A DNA stretch of 64,000 nucleotides from positions 62,001-126,000 of IMG/VR virus record IMGVR_UViG_3300022602_000024, one strand, 5' to 3'. The notes below the pieces were generated by a model. It searched no databases and was not told the DNA's origin. It saw nothing but the letters and a program-made list of their open reading frames with translations. The position numbers were made by a program, and so were the translations under genes. Below are positions 10,198 to 18,949 of this stretch, one piece after another. Every line of letters begins with the position of its first letter. Position 1 is the first letter of the stretch.

Positions 10198-11509
10198 ACC
10201 CGAAACACTATGCATGGCGCCGTGGACGCACACCTATCTAAGTCCACAAACTGAGCGTAGGATGTGTTGTGCCAGTCGTGAGCCTGCACAAAACTTTCAG
10301 CAGTACATTGACACCAGTTCAGGTACCGGGCGGTATATACCCGTTACTTTAGAACAACATTGGAACGGGGAACACATGCGAGATGTTCGCCGACGTATGA
10401 TGGCCGGAGAGACGCTACCCGAATGTGAAGTATGCAATGACAAGTTATTGAATACCTCAGTTTACCGTAGTTATTTTAATCAACTTTTTGGGCATAAGTA
10501 CGATAGTATAGCAGCAACTACAGATGCTACAGGTTACACTACAATGCTGCCTGTGAGCTGGGACTATCGGTTTAGTAATCTATGTAATTTCAAATGCCGT
10601 ATGTGTGGCGATATGTTGAGCAGTGCGTGGGAATCAGAACAACGCACTCACGAAATGATTGATTGGACAAATCCAAAAAATAACTGGATGCGGCCCGAAG
10701 TCAAACAACAAATTGAACAGTTTCAAGATACTCAAATTGAACAAGAGTTTAGCGCAGCAGTAGAAGAACATAGAGTTGAGGAAGTATACTGGGTAGGCGG
10801 TGAACCACTGATGTATGAACAACATTGGCGGTATATGAAACGTATTGTTGAATTAGGAGATGGCCCACGTGTCTACGCTAGATATAATACTAATCTTTCC
10901 CGTGTGCATTATCGTGGCGTTAGCCTGTATGGTGATATATTGCAAAATCTCCGAGATTGGCAAATCTGCGCTTCGCTCGACGGAACGGGACCGATTGGCG
11001 AGTACATTAGAACAGGCCTTGACTACAGTTTGTGGCTTGAGAATTTCAGTCAAGGAGTTGAAATTGCAAGTCATGCGAGACAAATGCGAATTGATTTCAC
11101 ACTTACCCTGCCAGGTATGTTCGAAGTCGGGCGAGTGCAAGCACTTGCAGACAATCTACAAGTTGGACTCCTGGCCAAAGTAATTTTTAGTTTTAGCCCG
11201 GACATAGTTATGAGCCCGTTAGCACTACCTCGGGAGTTATTACATTCCTGGATAGATGAAATATTGGGTGACACCCCAGGGGGTATTAACCATGTACCTG
11301 ATAACAGTCCCTTACGAGACATACTTGTCCAGCTAAAAACTAGACCCACATTTGAGGAACAATGGCCTGACCAATATCAAGCAGGACTCAAAAAGGGCAA
11401 AGCAAGAGTATTAGAACTTGAACAAATTCGTCGAGATGTGTATACTATGAGAGATATACTTGCAGAAAGACCTGACGTATTGGCATGGTGGGACTCGATA
11501 AATGTTTAA
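10190..11509 (+). CDS. Radical SAM protein with N-terminal SPASM/Twitch-like domain
   Basis: CNFKCRMC, 'WVGGEPL', 'YNTN'; N-terminal CMAPW...MCC...CEVC. Confidence 0.85.
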   Translation: MNKPETLCMAPWTHTYLSPQTERRMCCASREPAQNFQQYIDTSSGTGRYIPVTLEQHWNGEHMRDVRRRMMAGETLPECEVCNDKLLNTSVYRSYFNQLFGHKYDSIAATTDATGYTTMLPVSWDYRFSNLCNFKCRMCGDMLSSAWESEQRTHEMIDWTNPKNNWMRPEVKQQIEQFQDTQIEQEFSAAVEEHRVEEVYWVGGEPLMYEQHWRYMKRIVELGDGPRVYARYNTNLSRVHYRGVSLYGDILQNLRDWQICASLDGTGPIGEYIRTGLDYSLWLENFSQGVEIASHARQMRIDFTLTLPGMFEVGRVQALADNLQVGLLAKVIFSFSPDIVMSPLALPRELLHSWIDEILGDTPGGINHVPDNSPLRDILVQLKTRPTFEEQWPDQYQAGLKKGKARVLELEQIRRDVYTMRDILAERPDVLAWWDSINV

Positions 11510-11792
11510 AATACCTATAGCAGTACCGCATCCGCACTTTGATAACTCAATGATGCATAACAGGCAAGAAATCAAACGTGATCATATACAAAATGAACAC
11601 AACCGTAAGGTGCATGAATATTATCAAGCAAAGAATCAAGATTGGTACAAAAAGCGTATACTGGTGCAAGAATTGCATGAGTACCAAGACTATTTGGCTA
11701 TTAATCAATATTTAAATCTAAAACGGCATATTGAGTATGGAAATTATAGATACAGTATTACGTTAGGAAATAACTTAGATGTGTATGCATGA
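11502..11792 (+). CDS. Hypothetical protein
   Basis: 96 aa, overlap-coupled on both sides. Confidence 0.55.
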   Translation: MFKIPIAVPHPHFDNSMMHNRQEIKRDHIQNEHNRKVHEYYQAKNQDWYKKRILVQELHEYQDYLAINQYLNLKRHIEYGNYRYSITLGNNLDVYA

Positions 11793-12862
11793 ATAAAGTG
11801 ACTGTAACCTTACGTAACCCATTGAACAAAACGGATACCATTGGCTATACTATTATAGTCAATGACACACCAATGGCTCAACGTTGGTATGCTGCACTAC
11901 AAGATAACTTGCGAGCTAATTTGTATTTAGAAAAGAACTTTTGCTTTTTAGGATTTCCTGATAGTGCAAGAGATTTAGAATTTATCTGTAAAGAATTAGA
12001 TTGGGCCAAACGTCAAATCAACCGGTTCTTTGACGCCGACGATTATTATATCCCAGAATTCTTTACTCCTAGTACTCTGCGTGACGGGCTAAATCCCAAT
12101 CAAGAAATAATGAATAGACTACACAATCACTTTGAACATCTTCAAGGCACAGTTGGGGGATTAAGTGATTGGTATCGACGTGCTGACTACGAAACAAAGT
12201 TTGCTATTCGGCAACTAAATAACTTGTGCCACGAAGCAGAAAGTTTAATGCTAAGTCAGCGTAAAAAAGTAGAGTTGCCTGAGTGGGTACGTCCTAGTCA
12301 AATCACAACGTTTTTAAATTGCCCAAGACTAGAATTCCCTGCAGAATACAAAACAACATTTGACGAAACCCGTTATGATCGACGTTTTGGTGAGGTATAT
12401 TTACATTGGACACAGATTGGTAAAACCCTATATGAAGTATATCGTGATGAAAATGGTGTTGATATTGATCAGGCCACTTGCGATGCTATTACTCATCTGC
12501 GTTTCTATAGTGGAGAGTTTGACGTTGAGTGGGCTCAAGATGTGGCGTTCCATGGGCCCCATCCGTGGCATACGAAAGAGATGATGGGCTTTAGGGCTTG
12601 GCTTACCCGTAACGGATTTGATGTTAATGACACACAATACAATTACGGGTATCACCCAGTTGGACAAGTGGATCTACAAGGTAGTTTTGGAACTACAGAT
12701 TTCCGTGAGGTGTGGCCCGTCCTTTCAAAATATCTAGACATATACAAGATCACTGCAGGTTCGGCATCAGCGACATTTGATTACACCTGGACTGACGCAG
12801 ATTATTATCAACAACAAATCAACAGAATGAAACCGGGATATGATTTTAGTAGCCGGGGGTGA
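11789..12862 (+). CDS. Hypothetical protein (His-containing motifs LHNHFEHL, LNNLCHE)
   Basis: 357-aa ORF inside the operon; family not recognised. Confidence 0.7.
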   Translation: MNKVTVTLRNPLNKTDTIGYTIIVNDTPMAQRWYAALQDNLRANLYLEKNFCFLGFPDSARDLEFICKELDWAKRQINRFFDADDYYIPEFFTPSTLRDGLNPNQEIMNRLHNHFEHLQGTVGGLSDWYRRADYETKFAIRQLNNLCHEAESLMLSQRKKVELPEWVRPSQITTFLNCPRLEFPAEYKTTFDETRYDRRFGEVYLHWTQIGKTLYEVYRDENGVDIDQATCDAITHLRFYSGEFDVEWAQDVAFHGPHPWHTKEMMGFRAWLTRNGFDVNDTQYNYGYHPVGQVDLQGSFGTTDFREVWPVLSKYLDIYKITAGSASATFDYTWTDADYYQQQINRMKPGYDFSSRG

Positions 12863-13565
12863 TAGTTTTACATGGGGAACGGAGATGGCAAACTGCACAG
12901 AAACAGTTTATAGTCAATCTACGTTTCCTGCACTATTAGCACGTGCACAAGGCTTGGATTATCAGTGCGTAGCTCGCCCCGGCAATGCCAACGATGCTAT
13001 TGCACGCATGGTTATTGATCGTTGTGAAACGGTTACAGATACTCCTGTAGTTATAGTTGCTTGGTCTTTTGTTACTAGATATGAATTCAGATTTACGTAT
13101 CCTATCAACAGTCCTATATCGCCTTGGTGTTCAATAACTCCGGACTTAAACAAAGCACAGGTGCATCATTTTGCCAATGATTTTTTCAAGCACGTGGGCA
13201 CAGATCCAGATTATCAAAAGTATAATACACTACGTGCTATTATATTGTTGCAAACATATCTGGAACAAAAAAGTATTCCTTATTTGTTTTTACCTACTGA
13301 CAATCATTTTTATGTTAGCAATACTGCAGGTGCTGATCCAATAGTGGCAACATTATACAATATGGTTAATTGGGATCATTGGTTCTTTTTTCCGGGTGCA
13401 ACAGAAGCCTGGAATACTACAGATCCTAGAGGTTTTTATCAGTGGGCAGTGGAAACTAAATACAAATGCGGACAGTATCAACATCCATTAGAAGACGCAC
13501 ATCGAGATGCCGCACAACTAATAGAAAGAAAATTCAATGAACTTTTTAAAAAGACTTTACAATAA
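12840..13565 (+). CDS. SGNH/GDSL-like hydrolase or acyltransferase
   Basis: 'AGGDSFTWG', 'PGNANDAIAR', 'IVAWS', C-terminal 'HPLEDAH'. Confidence 0.6.
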   Translation: MILVAGGDSFTWGTEMANCTETVYSQSTFPALLARAQGLDYQCVARPGNANDAIARMVIDRCETVTDTPVVIVAWSFVTRYEFRFTYPINSPISPWCSITPDLNKAQVHHFANDFFKHVGTDPDYQKYNTLRAIILLQTYLEQKSIPYLFLPTDNHFYVSNTAGADPIVATLYNMVNWDHWFFFPGATEAWNTTDPRGFYQWAVETKYKCGQYQHPLEDAHRDAAQLIERKFNELFKKTLQ

Positions 13566-13638
13566 AGTCACGCTGGAAATTCGCTATCGCCGAAAATTAA
13601 AAGAACTACGTAAAAGAGATCCATTTATTTACAAATGA
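13537..13638 (+). CDS. Small basic 33-aa protein (not in the ORF track)
   Basis: ATG 13537 to TGA 13638 reads MNFLKRLYNKVTLEIRYRRKLKELRKRDPFIYK. It fills the gap between two SGNH genes and ends in an ATGA overlap with 13635. Confidence 0.65.
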   Translation: MNFLKRLYNKVTLEIRYRRKLKELRKRDPFIYK

Positions 13639-14273
13639 AGATATTAACAGTTGGTGATAGTTTTACCTTTGGAGAAGAATTAGAAGACAGAAACAACGCT
13701 TGGCCGTTTCAGTTAGGCGAACTGCTGGATGCTGAAGTTGTTAATATGGCCAAACCTGGATCCGGCAACAAGCGCATGATCCGCTATGTAATAGATTATG
13801 TTGCTACAGTAGAACGTCCTGACCTTGTTGTAGTTGGTTGGAGCAGTCCTGGGCGTATGGAATTTGCTGACGAGGATGGATTTTTTGATCTTTGGCCTGG
13901 ATATAGTGGACGTATGTTTATGAACGAACAGCCCTGGAGAGTTGAGCTACTAAATTACATGGATCGTCACCATAATGAGAAATATCTGTATAAACAATAC
14001 CTATTAGATGTTATACTATTACAAAGTTTCCTAGAACAACAAAATATACAGTATGTAATGCTTAGAACAGTGGGCAACGAGTTTTATCATAATGCGTATT
14101 ACAAAGAAACAAAACCTACTGCGGATTTAATCAATACCAAAACTTATTTAGGATGGCCTACCCAAGGGATGGCAGAATGGACACAAGGATGTGCCCGAGG
14201 ACCCGGAGGGCATTTTTTAGACGACGGACACAATCGAATAGCAAATAAGATATTAAAACACATACAAGGTTAA
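13635..14273 (+). CDS. SGNH/GDSL-like protein
   Basis: 'VGDSFTFG', 'PGSGNKRMIR', 'VVGWS', 'GPGGHFLDDGH'. Confidence 0.6.
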   Translation: MKILTVGDSFTFGEELEDRNNAWPFQLGELLDAEVVNMAKPGSGNKRMIRYVIDYVATVERPDLVVVGWSSPGRMEFADEDGFFDLWPGYSGRMFMNEQPWRVELLNYMDRHHNEKYLYKQYLLDVILLQSFLEQQNIQYVMLRTVGNEFYHNAYYKETKPTADLINTKTYLGWPTQGMAEWTQGCARGPGGHFLDDGHNRIANKILKHIQG

Positions 14274-14276
14274 TGA

Positions 14277-14939
14277 TTGATGATTTACTGTATTGGGGAT
14301 AGTTTTACTTACGGGGATGAATTGGCTGATAGGCAAAAATCCGCTTGGCCCGCATTGGTAGGAAACTATTTTAACAAACCTGTAACTAATCTTGGGCGTC
14401 GTGCAGTCGGCAATACTCGCATTGTTAAACGCACTATAGATGCAGCATTTGCTGCCGATGCAGAGTTGATTATAATTGCTTGGGCTTCGCCCTACAGAAC
14501 AGAATTTTTCAATGACATTCCTTATGACATATGGGCTGGCATGCAAACTGATTACTTGAATGAAGAACAAGCATCATTAGCAAGATCATTAACTCTAGTA
14601 AACAATAAACAATTTGATTTGTGGCAATATCGTAAATGGTTAAGAGATGTTATTTTGATACAAAATTTATTGCAAAATCAAAATAAGAACTATATGATGT
14701 TTATGGCCTATACTCCTTGGGGCCCGATTCCGGGCACCGAAGATTTATGGGACAAAGTCAACTCGCAGTATTTCATGGGGCATGCTGCTCCTTCTAACAA
14801 TATTGACCGCTATGAAAATTTTGGTCATTGGGCTGCAGGGTGCCCAAAAGGACCGGGCGGACATCCATTAGAACTAGCACATCAAAAAGTAGCAAATAAA
14901 ATAAATGAATATATTCGGAATCTCAGCTGGCTTTCATGA
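14277..14939 (+). CDS. SGNH/GDSL-like protein
   Basis: 'IGDSFTYG', 'VGNTRIVK', 'IIAWAS', 'GPGGHPLELAH'. Confidence 0.6.
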   Translation: MMIYCIGDSFTYGDELADRQKSAWPALVGNYFNKPVTNLGRRAVGNTRIVKRTIDAAFAADAELIIIAWASPYRTEFFNDIPYDIWAGMQTDYLNEEQASLARSLTLVNNKQFDLWQYRKWLRDVILIQNLLQNQNKNYMMFMAYTPWGPIPGTEDLWDKVNSQYFMGHAAPSNNIDRYENFGHWAAGCPKGPGGHPLELAHQKVANKINEYIRNLSWLS

Positions 14940-16407
14940 TGCTGCAGTAACAGTATTACAAGACGACGAGATTGTCTTTGCTGGTCATGCTGAACGTTAT
15001 AGCAAACGCAAAAATGATGCCAATCTCAATGACGCCTTGATCGCAGATGCGTTATCTTATGGCAATCCAGACCAAGTAGTGTACTACGAACGTCCCTGGG
15101 TTAAAAAACTTCAACAACTTTATTCGGGACAACTTCGTGAAGCAACGGATTTTAAGAATTTTACTCTTGATCAGCATATTCGTAAACATTTATCTATTCC
15201 TGTTCATCAGGAGCGACTATTACATGCTGGTAGACGAAATATGTCCCACCATTTATCACATTGTGCCGCCGGATTCCAAACCAGCCCCTATAGTAAAGCC
15301 ACAGTTGTTGTTATAGATGCCATTGGTGAGTTTGATACTATTAGCATATGGGGCGCAGAATACGTCAATGGTCGTGCTAGATATAAAAGACTTTGGGGAC
15401 AGAAATATCCGCATAGCATAGGATTATTTTATAGTGCTATGACACAGGCAGTTGGACTAAAGCCCAACGAAGAAGAATACATTATGATGGGTATGGCAGC
15501 GTATGGTAACGATGCTGGACTTTCAAGTCTGATGAAAATGCAAACAGTAGCAGACGAATGGGAAATACTGTTTCGTGACAACTTGCATGCGGGAATAGAT
15601 TTGCAAGTCCTAAAGCGATTTGACGATATTGATTTAGCACACGGTGCACAAAAATTAGCCGAAAATCTCATATTCAACGTAATGGCTCGTGCACGAAAAT
15701 TAAACTGGAGCAACAATCTAGTTTACATGGGCGGAGTGGCTTTAAACTGTTTGGCCAACAGAAACTTAGGAGATTATTTTGAAAATATTTGGATTATGCC
15801 TAACCCTGGCGATGCTGGGTCTAGCCTGGGTGCTGCCGCACTCGCTCATGGTGGTCGTATTCGTTGGCGTAATGCTTACCTTGGGCATAATATTGCCGGT
15901 GATTACCCTGTTGCTGACTTGTTGGACGTATTACTCACTGACAAAATTGCAGGAGTTGCAAGTGGACGAGCCGAGTTTGGTCCCCGGGCGTTGGGCAACC
16001 GAAGCCTCTTGGCAGACCCACGTGGCATCGAGATTAAAGGGAAAGTAAATGAAATCAAACGCAGACAAAAATTTAGACCTTTCGCCCCGGTTATTTTGGA
16101 AGAGATGGCTGATCAGTACTTTGATATTCCTAGCGGCTGGAGTGACAGCAGGTATATGCAAATCGTCGGTCGTTGTCGGCATCCTGACCTATTTCCTGCT
16201 GTCGTTCATGTGGACAGCACTAGTCGTATCCAGACTGTCCCGCCAGATGGATCAGGAATAAGAGAGCTATTAGAAAAATGGTATGTAATGACCGATTGTC
16301 CTATGTTGCTTAATACTAGTTTAAATATACGTGGCGAGCCCATGGTCAATGATCGTGCGGATGCTGATCGCTTTGAAGCGTTATATAACATAAAGGTCTG
16401 TTCGTGA
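14905..16407 (+). CDS. O-carbamoyltransferase (NodU/CmcH/TobZ family)
   Basis: 'HDAAV', 'ERYSKRKND', 'HHLSH', 'DAIGE', 'GGVALNC', 'GDAG', 'EFGPRALGNRSLLADP', 'FRPFAP', 'LLNTSLN'. Confidence 0.93.
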   Translation: MNIFGISAGFHDAAVTVLQDDEIVFAGHAERYSKRKNDANLNDALIADALSYGNPDQVVYYERPWVKKLQQLYSGQLREATDFKNFTLDQHIRKHLSIPVHQERLLHAGRRNMSHHLSHCAAGFQTSPYSKATVVVIDAIGEFDTISIWGAEYVNGRARYKRLWGQKYPHSIGLFYSAMTQAVGLKPNEEEYIMMGMAAYGNDAGLSSLMKMQTVADEWEILFRDNLHAGIDLQVLKRFDDIDLAHGAQKLAENLIFNVMARARKLNWSNNLVYMGGVALNCLANRNLGDYFENIWIMPNPGDAGSSLGAAALAHGGRIRWRNAYLGHNIAGDYPVADLLDVLLTDKIAGVASGRAEFGPRALGNRSLLADPRGIEIKGKVNEIKRRQKFRPFAPVILEEMADQYFDIPSGWSDSRYMQIVGRCRHPDLFPAVVHVDSTSRIQTVPPDGSGIRELLEKWYVMTDCPMLLNTSLNIRGEPMVNDRADADRFEALYNIKVCS

Positions 16408-17177
16408 GTAATAAAATATTGTTTTGCGGAGACAGTTTTGCAGCTGCTAGTGCTCGAGGTACTGCCCCACATCAATGGGTGCCTCAGCAATACCCTGGTT
16501 ATCTAGATGTTGTGGCTGATACGTTAAACAGAGATTATCTAAGTTTTGGTTATGCAGGACGTGACCTATGGTATGCAAGCCGTAAACTGTTTCAATATGT
16601 TGACAACAATCCCCGAGATTATTTTGACACTGTGGTTTTGATCATTCCCAATATACTGAGGTTCCCCAGTACTGATGACGAGGTCACTAAAAATATCATT
16701 ACTAACAGCAACAACATAGGCAAAGCCATTGACATGTATTTTGGTTATATCTGTGATACGACTCTGCACCAATGGATAACTGAAAAAATACTAGACGAAA
16801 TCAAACAAAGATTTTACGATAAAAAAATTATAAGTTTTTTTGCATTTACTCACGAATACAAAACGATACGCAATGCACCTGGTATGGTTTGCACTACACC
16901 ATTGCAGGCAATTTCGTTTGCGGAGTTCAACGGAAATGGAAATCCTAATGTTTCTATAAAACAAGGAATCAAAATGGATACTAATCCTTATACTGGGCGT
17001 GCAAATCATTTTAATGAAAAAAATAACAAAGCACTAGCAAACGCTATAGTATCTGCAATCAACAACTATACAGAAGGACCATTTGATTTAGATTTATCCA
17101 CATTTGACATAGTTGACTACAACACATTTAATCATTTGATAAAAAATTCTGAACAGCTAGAAAGGAAACGACCATGA
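16404..17177 (+). CDS. SGNH-like protein
   Basis: 'FCGDSF' at the N-terminus, 'RANHF' near the C-terminus. Confidence 0.5.
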   Translation: MSNKILFCGDSFAAASARGTAPHQWVPQQYPGYLDVVADTLNRDYLSFGYAGRDLWYASRKLFQYVDNNPRDYFDTVVLIIPNILRFPSTDDEVTKNIITNSNNIGKAIDMYFGYICDTTLHQWITEKILDEIKQRFYDKKIISFFAFTHEYKTIRNAPGMVCTTPLQAISFAEFNGNGNPNVSIKQGIKMDTNPYTGRANHFNEKNNKALANAIVSAINNYTEGPFDLDLSTFDIVDYNTFNHLIKNSEQLERKRP

Positions 17178-17806
17178 CACGTCGTATACTGGTAATGGGA
17201 CTGCCAGGCTCGGGTAAAACTACATTCAGTCAAAACTTAGTTAAACGCCTGATGCTGACACATTCAGTATCGTGGTACAATGCCGATAGCGTGCGTGAGC
17301 AATTCAATGATTGGGACTTCTCGCCAGAGGGTCGTGCTAGGCAAGTTCAGCGTATGATTGATCTTAGTAACGATTGCGGCAGTAACTTTGCTATCTGTGA
17401 CTTTGTTTGCCCTACTCAAGAACTTCGCGATGTATTCGAAGCTGATGTTGTTGTATGGATGGATACTATCGCTGAGGGTAGATTCGAAGATACTAATCGT
17501 ATGTTTGAAAAACCAAATCACGCTACGTATCGTGTAACTGATTGGTCAGACACTTGGGTAAAATTGATAGCTGCAGATTTGATACAAACACCTAGTGAAA
17601 CGCATGTTAGAAGTTTAGTTAAAGCCGTTAGCTGGCGTATTATAGGAACTACAGAAACATTCTTGATAAGTTTGCTAATAACAGGACGATTAGGAACTGC
17701 TGGAGGAATTGCCGCAATACAAGCAGTTGCATCAACTATTTTGTACTGGTTGCACGAGAGGTACTGGAATAACATCAGGTGGGGCAAGAGGAATAGCCTG
17801 ACCTAA
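17174..17806 (+). CDS. Adenylyl-sulfate (APS) kinase-like P-loop kinase fused to a DUF2061-like membrane domain
   Basis: 'GLPGSGKTT', 'ADSVR', 'DFSPEGRARQ', 'FVCP', 'FEKP'; C-terminal 'RSLVKAVSWRIIGT...YWLHERYW'. Confidence 0.65.
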   Translation: MTRRILVMGLPGSGKTTFSQNLVKRLMLTHSVSWYNADSVREQFNDWDFSPEGRARQVQRMIDLSNDCGSNFAICDFVCPTQELRDVFEADVVVWMDTIAEGRFEDTNRMFEKPNHATYRVTDWSDTWVKLIAADLIQTPSETHVRSLVKAVSWRIIGTTETFLISLLITGRLGTAGGIAAIQAVASTILYWLHERYWNNIRWGKRNSLT

Positions 17807-18949
17807 TTTAAGATTTAAAGAATACGGTGGAACAAATTGATAAAATCTACTAATGTCTTTAAGACTGCTGGTTAAGTGATCCCACTCACGTCGTACAAAT
17901 TCTGGACTATTAAATAGATTGTAATTGTGATCTAACACAGATTGCATATCGTTGAGCATTGCAGTCTGCTCATTGATTGATAATGCACACAATTTCTTTA
18001 ATACTTGTGTTACTGCTTGTAGTCTGGCGACTGGATCTTCTATGCGATCATAACTTTCATCCCAGTAATCGCTGAATGTTTGGAAGCCATATTCTCGAAA
18101 GTACGCTAAGTTATTTGCACATCCTAACAAGATAAACGGCATGCGCAATGCAATGGGTTTGAATATCTTTTCTGTTAAATGAGTCTTACTTTGCCAAAAG
18201 CAAGTTTCGGTTACAACAAATACAAAACTTTTCATTAGTTGTTCCATGGGACTCAATATCATACTTTGATTGGGTATACCTTGTCCTTCAAAGTCGATAC
18301 GTAACTCTGGTAACTGATTTATATTGTTGATGGCACTACTAACCAACTCAGGATCCAAATTAAACTTTTCAATACCGCCAACGAGATTGTCGTCAAACCG
18401 ACCACCATCGGGGCAGTCCCGACTGAAACTAATATATCCCGAATCTAATATGTTGTTTGTGTACAGTTCATTTACAAACAAACTACGATATATACGATCA
18501 TTGCTGGTTAATCGGTTAAAAGTTATATAGGTCTTTTCTAACTGTCGCTCTGCAGGCGGCACAATGTTTGGCACAAAGTCTGTGCCACGATACCAATCGG
18601 CAGCGGCAAATATGTGAAAGAAATAATTGATATCGGCAAACCCATACCGTTCGCAAATCAAATCTTTTTCTGCACTATGTTTTTCTGTGCTAACTAATAT
18701 GTAAGGACCTCGTGTGGTAGCAACAATATGATCAAATACTGCGCTATTATAGTTTAATCCTAGAGGTTCTTGATCATAAAAGATAAACAATGGACCTCGA
18801 CGTGCAGGCGGATTGGTATCATCCCGAATTATTTCTATGTTTTCTGGTAGAGTTGCTCCAAATGGGTATAGGTAAACCACCCTGGGATCTGTTATAATAG
18901 TCTTTAAATAGTGATAGACGTTTTCGTAATGCTGAGCAATATTATACAT
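17732..18949 (-). CDS. Putative GT-B-like glycosyltransferase (TEK..KP family)
   Basis: 'VVTET...HLTEKIFKPI...PFILLG...GFQTFSDYWDESYD' resembles the GT10-like C-terminal motif. Confidence 0.45.
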   Translation of the reverse strand: MYNIAQHYENVYHYLKTIITDPRVVYLYPFGATLPENIEIIRDDTNPPARRGPLFIFYDQEPLGLNYNSAVFDHIVATTRGPYILVSTEKHSAEKDLICERYGFADINYFFHIFAAADWYRGTDFVPNIVPPAERQLEKTYITFNRLTSNDRIYRSLFVNELYTNNILDSGYISFSRDCPDGGRFDDNLVGGIEKFNLDPELVSSAINNINQLPELRIDFEGQGIPNQSMILSPMEQLMKSFVFVVTETCFWQSKTHLTEKIFKPIALRMPFILLGCANNLAYFREYGFQTFSDYWDESYDRIEDPVARLQAVTQVLKKLCALSINEQTAMLNDMQSVLDHNYNLFNSPEFVRREWDHLTSSLKDISRFYQFVPPYSLNLKLGQAIPLAPPDVIPVPLVQPVQNS

